Source: a virus. From it: a stretch of DNA of 64,000 nt. The notes below the pieces were generated by a model, which saw only the letters and a list, made by a program, of their open reading frames with translations, was not told the origin of the DNA and ran no database searches. The DNA lies in IMG/VR virus record IMGVR_UViG_3300036942_000180, positions 33,795 through 97,794 of that record; one strand, written 5' to 3'. Position 1 is the stretch's first letter, and each line of letters begins with the position of its first letter. This document shows positions 1-9,593 of the stretch, piece by piece. A program made the position numbers and the translations under genes.

Positions 1-133
1 AAGATCCACTACTTATATCAGTAACGACTGTGGGATTTGAATAATCTCTTAATGTCTTATTTTTATATTTATTAAAAAGATATTTCATTTGATTTCGGAT
101 AACTTTATCTTTCTTAGTTAATTCATCACTCAA
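1..133 (-). CDS. Hypothetical protein, partial (runs off window start)
   Basis: AAGGAGG RBS then TTG at 133; frame MSDELTKKDKVIRNQMKYLFNKYKNKTLRD... stays open to the edge. Confidence 0.6.
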   Translation of the reverse strand, partial: MSDELTKKDKVIRNQMKYLFNKYKNKTLRDYSNPTVVTDISSGS

Positions 134-152
134 CTTCAAACCTCCTTAGAAT

Positions 153-192
153 AAAAAGAATTAATATCTAATTAAAGATATTAATTCCTTTA
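153..192 (-). terminator. Intrinsic terminator
   Basis: GAATTAATATCT/AGATATTAATTC stem, AATTAA loop, T-tract on minus strand. Confidence 0.65.
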
Positions 193-198
193 TTAGAT

Positions 199-696
199 TT
201 ATCTATAAGTCGGAATATAGATATTTCTAACTTTACTATTGGTCTCATACCAATATTCTTCGTCAAACTTATCCCCGTTGTAGATCATCTGACCTAGAGA
301 ATCTTTACAATGCATTCCAACTTTTATATCTTTATCATAAGAGTTAGTGTCAGAAATCAGTTCTAGCCAAATTTTATCAACACTATTAAAATATTTATTT
401 AATTTAGAGGGAATTTCTAATAGTATTTCAAACTCCTCTTCACTAAAGTTATTCTTAATGAATTCAAGAGCTTCATCTTCCACACTGTAATAAACATCAT
501 ACAATCTAGTCACGTCAGAATGAAAACTTATCTCTAGGTCTTCTTCCTTGAATTCTTCCTCATGCATCCAATTAAAATTAACTAGATACATTTTTTCTTC
601 TTTATCGTTGATTATTGCTTGGCGTATTCTACCTTCACCTATTTTAGTGATTACATTATCCCCTATTGAAAATTTAAAAGTGACTGTATTTTCCAT
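199..696 (-). CDS. Hypothetical protein
   Basis: 165-aa ORF with AGGAGG RBS. Confidence 0.7.
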   Translation of the reverse strand: MENTVTFKFSIGDNVITKIGEGRIRQAIINDKEEKMYLVNFNWMHEEEFKEEDLEISFHSDVTRLYDVYYSVEDEALEFIKNNFSEEEFEILLEIPSKLNKYFNSVDKIWLELISDTNSYDKDIKVGMHCKDSLGQMIYNGDKFDEEYWYETNSKVRNIYIPTYR

Positions 697-697
697 A

Positions 698-1348
698 TTA
701 ATTATTCCTCCTATTTTTTAAAGTTAATGTTGCTGTATTTTCTTGAGTGGTTTTTACTACGGATTCTGTTATTTTGTGTATATTAAAATCAGTTTTGTAA
801 GAGGTATCTCCAATAAACTTGCTTTTATTATCTATTAGTAATTTTAATATATAATCAATACTAACTCCTGTATCTATTTTGTATTCATTATCATAATCAT
901 ATTGAATACCGTATTCAGGTTTTAAATCTTTTATTTTAATCTTTTTCTTATTAAAACCCTCACCTCTTAATTGATTTATAGCATTTATTATATAATATTC
1001 TTTCTTTTCAGACATTTTAAATATATAGTCATCTAAACTAGTTGCTTGTGAGGGTTTAAACCCTCTCGGAATACTCACAGATTCAGAAACAGCAACTAAC
1101 TCTATTTCTTCTGGACTTATCATTACACTACTTACAAAACTACCAGTTTGATAGAAATAAAATAAATTATTATCTTCTTCTAATTCATTATTTATTAATA
1201 TTACTTGATGACCGTCAGGGTAAACATCATTAGGTCCATGACCAGTTCCCCCACCTGATTTTTGGGTAAATAATACTTGATAATTATATTTACCCTCAAG
1301 TATTCTTTCAGAATTAATTATATCTCCAACTTCTAATAAATTTTTCAT
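698..1348 (-). CDS. Hypothetical protein
   Basis: 216-aa ORF with RBS, tightly packed with neighbours. Confidence 0.7.
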   Translation of the reverse strand: MKNLLEVGDIINSERILEGKYNYQVLFTQKSGGGTGHGPNDVYPDGHQVILINNELEEDNNLFYFYQTGSFVSSVMISPEEIELVAVSESVSIPRGFKPSQATSLDDYIFKMSEKKEYYIINAINQLRGEGFNKKKIKIKDLKPEYGIQYDYDNEYKIDTGVSIDYILKLLIDNKSKFIGDTSYKTDFNIHKITESVVKTTQENTATLTLKNRRNN

Positions 1349-1350
1349 AT

Positions 1351-2268
1351 TTATCCCTCCATTTTATTAGTTAGTAGTTCTCTCAGGTACACAAACCTTC
1401 CCATAACCTCAAAAGGATAAGCGTGATAAACAGAATCGTAATAATAACTACCACGATTGTATGCCCCTGCTGTCCTTGTGTAGTTCTTATCATATTGTTC
1501 CAGATTATTTTTAATGAAAAATCCAACTACGTCAAAAGTAAGTTCTTTCATATCTAAGTTTTGATCGAATAATTTATATTTATACTGGGATACGAAATTA
1601 CTGTACCTTTCTGATTGATGTAACCAAGCTTTATTGGCATTAGGCTCGTTAGGAATATTGTAACCCATCTTATTTAAAGTTTCTCTGAAGACCATAATCT
1701 GCATAGAAAAAGCAGTCCAGCTTTCCCCATTATCATAAGTGTCATTACTTATCCAATGAGTTTCTTTATCTGCAAATGAAGCAAAGTAAAGAGGATGAAT
1801 ATTATATTTCTCGCCATATTTAATTAGCCAATCAGCATAATTATTAATCTTATCTATATGATTGGTTGCAGATGGGTAAGCTTGTTTCCTTATAAATTTA
1901 ATTCTATTTACTATTATATTTTTAGTAGTTTTAACTAATTCTCTATCATCAAAATCAAAGTTGAATATATCATAAGTTATTAGATCTTGATGAAGATTAT
2001 TTATATTTTTATTTAAGTTATTGATCTCCTGTTCTTTGGAGTTTATTACTTCGTTCAATTCAGAAATTTCTTGAGATTTCAAGTTATTGATTTCTTCTAC
2101 CTTTTTATTCTGAGACCTGACTCCCAAGTTAAAGCCAAAAGCAAAAATCATCCCTATAATAAAAAAGGATAGAAGAGTTATCTTAACCCTTCTATACTGC
2201 AATGCTGTCTTTACGGAGTATGAAATTTCTATCATTATTCTTTTTATTATATCTTTAATAATAATCAC
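1351..2268 (-). CDS. Membrane-anchored lytic transglycosylase-like protein
   Basis: N-terminal TM segment, coiled coil, SLT-like motifs FADKETHW and AGAYNRG. Confidence 0.5.
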   Translation of the reverse strand: MIIIKDIIKRIMIEISYSVKTALQYRRVKITLLSFFIIGMIFAFGFNLGVRSQNKKVEEINNLKSQEISELNEVINSKEQEINNLNKNINNLHQDLITYDIFNFDFDDRELVKTTKNIIVNRIKFIRKQAYPSATNHIDKINNYADWLIKYGEKYNIHPLYFASFADKETHWISNDTYDNGESWTAFSMQIMVFRETLNKMGYNIPNEPNANKAWLHQSERYSNFVSQYKYKLFDQNLDMKELTFDVVGFFIKNNLEQYDKNYTRTAGAYNRGSYYYDSVYHAYPFEVMGRFVYLRELLTNKMEG

Positions 2269-2276
2269 CTCTTTAT

Positions 2277-2420
2277 CTATTTTTTCTTTAATTTATTTAT
2301 AGTATTTTGTAACCTATTGATCTTTTCATTTTTAGCGTCGACAGTATTTGATGATAGAATACCACCGATGATGACTCCTACTGAACCACCTAATACTGCT
2401 CCGATTAATGCTTGTACCAT
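2277..2420 (-). CDS. Small membrane protein (47 aa, not in ORF track)
   Basis: AGGAGG RBS; MVQALIGAVLGGSVGVIIGGILSS... Confidence 0.55.
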   Translation of the reverse strand: MVQALIGAVLGGSVGVIIGGILSSNTVDAKNEKINRLQNTINKLKKK

Positions 2421-2433
2421 TTTAATTCCTCCT

Positions 2434-2829
2434 CTATTTATGTTTTAATTTGAACTCCATGTCGAATTTCTTAGTATCATTCGAATTAAATCTCAGCTTA
2501 TTATGATATTTTGTTCTCCTATCGATTAATACATCATAATTAATGAAATGTTCCTCAATGTAGTCAACAATGTCTTTTATCATATAGTTGTAAATAGAAG
2601 GATATGAGCTATAGACCACTATATCTTCTGAAAATTGATCCTTGATCACCATATACTTGTATTCGATGTTGATCCTCATCAATATTAGATGATTTTTAGA
2701 TTTTAACTTGACTCTGAAGATGTAGTTATCTTCGTTATTGATGGAGAGGATGTCGTAGCTCATGACTGTCAGGCGTCTTAGAATATCTATTATTTTTTCT
2801 TCTATTGATTTTCTAGTCATTATTATCAC
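2434..2829 (-). CDS. Hypothetical protein with C-terminal KKxxMExKL motif
   Basis: Ends KKFDMEFKLKHK. Confidence 0.65.
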   Translation of the reverse strand: MIIMTRKSIEEKIIDILRRLTVMSYDILSINNEDNYIFRVKLKSKNHLILMRINIEYKYMVIKDQFSEDIVVYSSYPSIYNYMIKDIVDYIEEHFINYDVLIDRRTKYHNKLRFNSNDTKKFDMEFKLKHK

Positions 2830-2859
2830 CTCACTTATAGACGATATTGTGAAATTATA

Positions 2860-3135
2860 TTACTCATTATCATCTATAAAATCTTTAATGAATTCCAAAT
2901 CATCTTGATTGATCTCATCTTGTATCCAATCAATATCTAGAACATCGTCATAGAAGTTTTTAACTGATTCATATATAAAGAAGTTCCAAGTTGGATAGTT
3001 TTCTAGATATTCTTCATACACCAATACTTTAAATGTTTTATCTTTTTGATTAGGGACAGGAACTGCTCTAAAAGTGTTGCCCTCAATATCTTGGATGTCT
3101 AAAAGTGCCGTCTTGCTATCATAATATTCTTGCAT
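2860..3135 (-). CDS. Hypothetical protein
   Basis: 91-aa ORF with AAGGAGG RBS. Confidence 0.65.
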   Translation of the reverse strand: MQEYYDSKTALLDIQDIEGNTFRAVPVPNQKDKTFKVLVYEEYLENYPTWNFFIYESVKNFYDDVLDIDWIQDEINQDDLEFIKDFIDDNE

Positions 3136-3366
3136 TATTAATTCCTCCTTATATTTTATTAATTTTTAAATATTGATGAATGTAATAAGTCAACTGTGAT
3201 ACCAATTAAAAATCCAATTAAAAAATTTTGAATCCCAATTATAGATACTAAAATTCCTCCAACTACCAATCCAATAATAAATGACATTATTAATTCCTCC
3301 TTATTTTTATTGATTGTAAAGGAATTAGGAAATTAATCCTAATTCCTTTAATATTGATATTCATTT

Positions 3367-3383
3367 TAATAATATATACTTAA
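3367..3383 (-). promoter_or_regulatory. Early-type promoter motif
   Basis: TTAAGTATATATTATTA; one of 9 similar intergenic copies; resembles phiKZ/AR9 early promoter core. Confidence 0.6.
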
Positions 3384-6300
3384 TTAATCTTTCAATACAG
3401 AATTTTGTTCGTCCTCATCGTTGGTTAGTTCAAGACCCATACTCTTAAGATACGAATCAAATATTCTTCTAGTAATATCAGTAGTATCAGAAGTCTCTAT
3501 TTTTTCCATATTGAATATATTCTCATTTAATAATTCATCAACCATTTTTTGTCTACTCTCTTTATTACTAGAATAGAGAGACAAGAACCTTTTTATCTCT
3601 TTTGGATTCTTTGTTAAGAGGAGATTTGATATCTCCATTTCCGTTTATATTCATATAAGTTTATTAATCTCATATCTGATTTCAGCTATATATTTCTATA
3701 TAGACTAGACTATATCTTTACCTAGTTAGGCATTTCCCGTTTCTATTGCATTCACAATATACTATTAGTCTTTGAACATTCTTATTATTAAATATAATAA
3801 GATTTGCTGCTTATTATCCTTTAATTAGGATTTTTAAGCAATTAGAGAAATTTTAATTGAGCTATTTTATTAACCCAATCTTAGAGGATTCTTACGATAT
3901 AAATTCTCATTTTCTTTGAATGCTTTACTCTTGGCAGGGATGTTTTTTATATTATTGTAAGCGACTGATCTAGCAGAGAACTTACTACTAGCAGTGTGCT
4001 TGAGCAACACAAAATACAAGTCCCCCATCACCATTTTATTTTCTATTCCTTTGAACTTGAATGGTTCGATGTCATACTTATGCATCACTTCAGATAGTTG
4101 ATCGAACTCAATATTATCGTAAAAAGGTGGTTGATGAAAGTATATCCCATCTTCGTAGATATCCTCCCAGAACTCATCCTTATCTTCTGAATTTAGATTG
4201 ATATAATATTCTTCTAGAGCTTTAGCTTGAGTTTCATTGATATCATTCATGAAGTTGAAAAATAGTTCTTCTCGTTCTTTGTGATTATCTAAATTTTCTA
4301 GTTTCTTTGACATCTGAATAGACATCATGCCGAAAGTGACAGTATATAATTGGGTTGGATTTACGTTTATATTCATATAGATTCGCTAATATCTATACAG
4401 TTCTCTCATGAACTTCTATATGTTTCCATATAGACTAGACTATATCTTCACTCCTTTCGAAGTGTCTCCTGTTTCGATTTAAAGGGTTTTCACCTACTCC
4501 AATAACTTGAGCCCTACTCCTGTTGTGAATTAACACTAAAGGATAGTCGTTGAATATAGTTTTCTAAAATAATTTCTATATTTTTAAAATCAGTGTGTGG
4601 AATTCTTAATAAATTTATATTATTTTCTTTACAATATTTATTTTTCTTTTTATCATGAATTTGGACTCTATTTATCCTATCTTCAGTAAATATAGTATTT
4701 TCTTTTTGTCTCATATGATATTTCCCATCATATTCAATTAATAAATTTAATTTACTAACAAATATATCAAATCTTAATTTCTTATTTGAAAATTCGGATT
4801 TTAAATCATTAAAAGTTTTTTCAGTTTCAAAATTTAAATTTCCATCTTTTAAAAATTCTTTTATCTTTATTATTCCTTTTGAATCTCCTAATAAATTATG
4901 AATTGGATTTTCAGTACAGGTTGGACATCTTTGTCCATTAGTAATAAAATTATTAGGTCTTATATCCATTACTGTACCACATTCTAAATGTTTAATTTTA
5001 ATATTAGTTCTAGATATTCCTTTAAAATTTTCTGGAATATAAATTACTTCATATTCATTATCTATTTTCTTTATTATTTCTTTTAATTCTTTTTTAGTAT
5101 ATGCGTGTTTATTGCAATTATTACACCTATATCCATTATAAAGAAAATCAGATGGTCGCATATAAAAGTTTGAATTACAATCTTTATGCCAAAATCTTTT
5201 TAGTTCTTGTAATTCTCCATGTTTATATTCATCTTTAAATTTATAGTTAGTTCCTTCTAATTCTTTTACTTTTTTTACTATTGATTTTTTATCTAATTTT
5301 GTTCCAGCACAAAATCCACATTTATTTCTTCTTGGATCTTTATAGTATTTATAAACAGTTTCTAAATTTCTATTACACTTTAAATGTTTAATTATTATTT
5401 GTGATCTTGGACCATCATGTTTTATTATTTTTACTAATTTAAATTCATTATCTTTTTCAATTTCATATTTAATTCTTCTTTTAGTCAATTGAGACGATTT
5501 TATTCCATGTTTTCTTTTTAATTTTGATACTTCCCATTTAGAACATGAAAACATATCTGCTACTTTTTGAATTGTATTTTCCCATAATAATAGTTCAAAT
5601 TTATCTTTATCAATTTCATTTAACTTTTTCATATTAATAATCCTTTCTTAAAAACTATACTGCTGATTGCCCATTGTAATATCTATAAGTATTTTTAAGC
5701 ATATCACGCTTACCAGCTAGGTTACGTTGTAGCTCTTATAGCTTTAGGGGTTTCCAGCAATTAAGGAGATGCAAATAAATGATTATTCATTTATAGGGCT
5801 AATTTAATAACCGATTGATAACCCCAAGAGGGTTCAATAATACTTCAGCTTTCTCTCCACTTTCAGTTGTAGGCATTTCTTCATCGGGAATGATTTTACT
5901 GATTATACCTTTATTTCCTGACCTTCCACTGATCTTACTCCCTACACGGCATTCCTTCTCTTGCAGTATTCTGAACTTCACAATAATGTTACTGAATTCC
6001 TTACCATTATTCCTCCACACAATTTCGTCATCTGTGATTTCCTTAGCTCTTTTATACTGGTAAGCTAGGTCATCTGAATAGTTTTCTTTGGAGTTTTCTT
6101 CAACTATTTCAGATAATACTTCATATACTTTTTCATAGTAAGCTTCATCTTTCTTTATATACTTAACTAACTGTTCATTGAATTTGTGTTTCTCCAATTT
6201 CTCAGTATCAGCATTACTATACACGCTGATATCAATGACTTCCCCATCACTGTAGAACACAGTGTCGTTACTGTAATTGATGTTGTTAAGTTCTTTGGTT

Positions 6301-7480
6301 TTAAGGTCAGTCAGTATCGAATCGTAATCAATTCTCCTTCGGGCACATAGAAATTTACTGAATTTCTCTCCAATATCAGGGAAAGATTTATATTCATCAT
6401 TATCCCCGAATAGATTGATCAATATATCGTTAGTATTAATATTGATACTAATTTCATCTATCCTATAAGAAGTTAATTTTTCCTTACCACTTTCTGATAT
6501 AACTATTGCCATTTACCTTTTACATAACTCGTTAAATTACATATGCTATATATTTCTATATAGATGAGACTATATCATTATTCAATTAAGAATAATCCCT
6601 TTTTCCACTTACTCTAAGTGTACTATTAGTCGTTGAATGTTCTTATTACTTTCATAATAAGATTCACTGCTTATCATCCTTTTAATCAGGATTTTTAAGC
6701 AATTAAAGGATTTTAACGAGGACTACAATAATTTATAATCCTCAAAAGTTAAGTTCTTGTAGGGTATAAATAGGGCTTTGAGGTTCGTTCCATACATAAA
6801 ATTAAGATCATCGTCATAAGTGGTACTCCTATAGACTAGATCATCTTTCTCGATACTGTCTCCTTTGCCTTTATCTTTAATCTTGTTGTCTATCTTATAA
6901 CCATACTTTTCAGTAGTCCTCTCTGCGTTCTTCACTTCTTCGATGTGGTAGTACTCTGAATTCTTATCTTTTAATACGTAGAGTATATTCTTTTCATTCT
7001 TCTCTATTCTTTCTATTATCTCCCAATCTCTGTCCGCTTTCTTGTACGCAGAAGAATACTTACCCACTTGATTCTCGAAGTTGGTGAATACTCTCGGAAA
7101 CTCGGGTTCCTTTAGAACTATTGCTTGCCTAATGTGATTGGTGAACATGTTGATCCTGTTTGACATTTATATTATTATAAGATTATTAATCCTATACTCA
7201 TAGTTACTTATGAGATTAGACTATATCTTTGTGCATACACACACTCTCTTTTTCCACTATATTTATAGTGTACTATTAGTCGTTGAACATTCTTATTATT
7301 AAATATAATAAGATTTGCTGCTTATTATCCTTCTAATTAGGATTTTTAAGCAATTAAAAGAGTTTTAAGCGAACCAATTTAATCCGCTTTATCAACATTA
7401 GGTGTTAATAGTTCCTCTGATAAGAATTCGTGTGAACCATCAAACTTTTCAATATCAATATCTCTAATTCCTAGACTCAT
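3384..7480 (-). CDS. rpoB: Phage RNA polymerase beta subunit, C-terminal half (probably non-virion RNAP, phiKZ gp71-73-like); 5 exons, 657 aa
   Basis: Exons 7480-7382, 7163-6738, 6509-5810, 4363-3873, 3641-3384 join in frame (1974 nt). Splicing restores beta motifs KAD|SNRINMFTNHIRQA, TFED|AIVISE, GSKISGRSGNKG, NPLGVINRL|NPTQ, RLG|EME. Confidence 0.92.
3642..3872 (-). mobile_element. Group I intron, ORF-less (231 nt)
   Basis: P1 UUGGGU/GCUCAA with U.G wobble; AAUUGCUUAAAA, AAUAAGCAG, UUCAAAGACUA and AAGAUAUAGUC core elements; terminal G. Confidence 0.9.
4364..5809 (-). mobile_element. Group I intron with homing endonuclease ORF (1446 nt)
   Basis: AAUUGCUGGAAA, AAUCAGCAG, UUCAACGACUA, AAGAUAUAGUC; ends AAACG; removal restores frame. 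Confidence 0.9.
4514..5632 (-). CDS. Intron-encoded endonuclease (Zn-ribbon repeats plus EDxHD/Vsr-like nuclease)
   Basis: Repeated HxxC...FLxxGxRCxxC units; C-terminal FDIF...IEYDGKYH...HD; ORF reads into the P7 core. Confidence 0.8.
   Translation of the reverse strand: MKKLNEIDKDKFELLLWENTIQKVADMFSCSKWEVSKLKRKHGIKSSQLTKRRIKYEIEKDNEFKLVKIIKHDGPRSQIIIKHLKCNRNLETVYKYYKDPRRNKCGFCAGTKLDKKSIVKKVKELEGTNYKFKDEYKHGELQELKRFWHKDCNSNFYMRPSDFLYNGYRCNNCNKHAYTKKELKEIIKKIDNEYEVIYIPENFKGISRTNIKIKHLECGTVMDIRPNNFITNGQRCPTCTENPIHNLLGDSKGIIKIKEFLKDGNLNFETEKTFNDLKSEFSNKKLRFDIFVSKLNLLIEYDGKYHMRQKENTIFTEDRINRVQIHDKKKNKYCKENNINLLRIPHTDFKNIEIILENYIQRLSFSVNSQQE
6510..6737 (-). mobile_element. Group I intron, ORF-less (228 nt)
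   Basis: P1 GAGGAU/GUCCUC; conserved core; terminal G; splits FED|AIV. Confidence 0.9.
7164..7381 (-). mobile_element. Group I intron, ORF-less (218 nt)
   Basis: P1 GCGGAU/GUUCGC; conserved core; terminal G. Confidence 0.9.
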
Positions 7481-8277
7481 TAAACCACTCCTTGATTGGT
7501 ATTTATATTATTTAATTCATCTATATCTCTGTTATGAATATCTTCACCAATAGTAGCCATTTGGTCGGCTAATGCTATGATCTTCACTATGTCGTATTTC
7601 TTCCTAGCTTTATTTAGCAATCCTTCTACTCCGTCTTTCTTCCAAGCTCCCATATGCCACCTAATAGCTAGTATGACATATTCTGGAAGATTAAAGACGT
7701 ATTTTTGAAGAAACAATACAGATTTCTCTCCATGACCAAACAATAAAGGATCTTCCTTATATTTCCATACATCTACGTTAATAGCTGGTGGTGGACCTTC
7801 AGGGTTCTCGGACAACCACGATATCAGATCGCTGAACCTATTTTTAGTCTTAAATGTCTTCAGTTTTAATACTTTATTGGTGATCCCTCTATCTACTAGA
7901 TCATCTCTATGTCTATCGAATAAACTCTTTAGGAACTTCTTCTGCTTTCTAGTAGGTTCTTCCCTATCTTTTATCTTTTCATATCTATCAATCTTGCATA
8001 GGTCATGAAACAGTCCTGCAAGCTTCACGTAATCGAGTTCGTAATCATCTAATACTCCATAGGTCTTTAGCAACATTATCAAATTCTTTTCAGTTTTAAC
8101 AGAATGATCTGCCAAACCTCCAGTGTAATTAGAGTGAAATTTGATACTGGCAGGCAATTGAAAGAAATCATTTTCAAAAAGAAACTCTATGAAATCATCC
8201 TTTTCTTCATTATTTATAACTTCGGTCTCGTCAATAAAATCTAATATATATTGTCTATTGTCTTCTACATAACTCAA
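7480..8277 (-). CDS. HD-domain phosphohydrolase
   Basis: GGLADHS, LFHDLCK, GHGEKS, IRWHMG, LADQMAT. Confidence 0.85.
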   Translation of the reverse strand: MSYVEDNRQYILDFIDETEVINNEEKDDFIEFLFENDFFQLPASIKFHSNYTGGLADHSVKTEKNLIMLLKTYGVLDDYELDYVKLAGLFHDLCKIDRYEKIKDREEPTRKQKKFLKSLFDRHRDDLVDRGITNKVLKLKTFKTKNRFSDLISWLSENPEGPPPAINVDVWKYKEDPLLFGHGEKSVLFLQKYVFNLPEYVILAIRWHMGAWKKDGVEGLLNKARKKYDIVKIIALADQMATIGEDIHNRDIDELNNINTNQGVV

Positions 8278-8296
8278 CTTGTCTTATTCCCCCTCA

Positions 8297-8650
8297 TTAT
8301 TTGTGCCACGGTTTAAAATTCTTTATTGAATCTATTAAATCTTTATTCCATTCACCTTTAAAAGTAATAGCTCTGTCATCTACTTGAACTACAGCGGGTA
8401 CTTTGTTCTCGACCACTTCATCTACTTCAATGTTGTATTTTTGAAGGTAATCTTTTATTGCATCCATTCCACCTTTCTGATGACACCTAGAGGAATGAAC
8501 TACAACTTTGAATTCTTTTCTCAATTCCTGTATCGCTTCATTGACTCCTTCTACTGGTTCGTCTGGAATGTTAGTTGCTCCACACCAACCACTTTCATAA
8601 CTATTAATAACTCCATCAAAATCTAATATTGCTGTCATCTTATTTGACAT
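8297..8650 (-). CDS. HAD-superfamily phosphatase
   Basis: DFDGVI motif I, KVP and VDDRA motifs. Confidence 0.8.
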   Translation of the reverse strand: MSNKMTAILDFDGVINSYESGWCGATNIPDEPVEGVNEAIQELRKEFKVVVHSSRCHQKGGMDAIKDYLQKYNIEVDEVVENKVPAVVQVDDRAITFKGEWNKDLIDSIKNFKPWHK

Positions 8651-8654
8651 AAAA

Positions 8655-9068
8655 TCACTCCTTAAAAATTATTTCTTTTATCATGTCTTCTCCAATAACA
8701 TTATAAATTCCATTATCTAAATTTTTAACTATATATTCATGATGACCATTAAAACCTTTAATTACATTTTTATGACCAAAAACATCTTTTACAATATCAT
8801 CCAAATCTAATTCAGTCTTAGATACTTTATAATTCTCATTATGAACAGCTAATTCATCAATAGGAACTATCTTATAATAATTATTACTACCACCTTGATA
8901 TTTTATAAGAAAGTTATTATCTTCATGAATATAATAAAGAACTTCACAGGGATCTGATATTTTCTGAAACCCTGAATATGTGTTTCCTAAATCATATTCT
9001 CTTACATAAAGAACATCATCTGAATTTAAAATTCTATTAACTTTTAATTCAATTTCTTCTTTTCTCAT
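8655..9068 (-). CDS. Hypothetical protein
   Basis: 137-aa ORF in operon. Confidence 0.65.
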   Translation of the reverse strand: MRKEEIELKVNRILNSDDVLYVREYDLGNTYSGFQKISDPCEVLYYIHEDNNFLIKYQGGSNNYYKIVPIDELAVHNENYKVSKTELDLDDIVKDVFGHKNVIKGFNGHHEYIVKNLDNGIYNVIGEDMIKEIIFKE

Positions 9069-9071
9069 ATA

Positions 9072-9419
9072 TTATTCATCCTCCATAATTATATTTACAA
9101 TACAATCGATCGTGCATTCAAAAGCTTCTGACAGTTCGAATATAGAAACTTCATCATCATTATAATATTTCTTTATTTCATTCTCATCATCTTTATCAAT
9201 ATCATTAATAGTCTTATTACCAGGGTTATAAACACTCCTCAACTTAGATTTACTCCCATTATTCCTGTTGGGTCTGAGATTATACTTCTCCAATATTTTT
9301 TCAACGTGGCTTGGTCCAGATAGACCATGTTGATTGGAAATGGAGTTAAGAGTCAAATCAGAATCATAATATTTTCTAATAATATTTCTGTCTCTTTCTA
9401 GATTTTTATTATCTTTCAT
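9072..9419 (-). CDS. Putative HTH DNA-binding protein
   Basis: Two HTH-like segments (TLNSISNQHGLS; SIFELSEAFECT). Confidence 0.5.
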   Translation of the reverse strand: MKDNKNLERDRNIIRKYYDSDLTLNSISNQHGLSGPSHVEKILEKYNLRPNRNNGSKSKLRSVYNPGNKTINDIDKDDENEIKKYYNDDEVSIFELSEAFECTIDCIVNIIMEDE

Positions 9420-9450
9420 ATACTATTCCTCCTTTTATTTTTATTCAAAA

Positions 9451-9467
9451 TAATAATATATATTTGA
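9451..9467 (-). promoter_or_regulatory. Early-type promoter motif
   Basis: TCAAATATATATTATTA upstream of 9419. Confidence 0.55.
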
Positions 9468-9593
9468 CTCTATTTTTATAATTTGTAGAAGACCTGTCAA
9501 ACCCTCTTTTTTATTTATTTAATTTAAATGAGCAGAGAATGGGATTTTAATGACTCTATCCACTTCTCTGCTCTATATTAAGGAGATGATACC

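Noticed and set aside
3384-7480. Fragmented RNAP, recA, dnaB and MoxR ORFs as pseudogenes or evidence of stop-codon recoding
   Set aside because: Gaps contain intron cores and their precise removal restores frame and motifs; TAA, TAG and TGA all end ordinary genes
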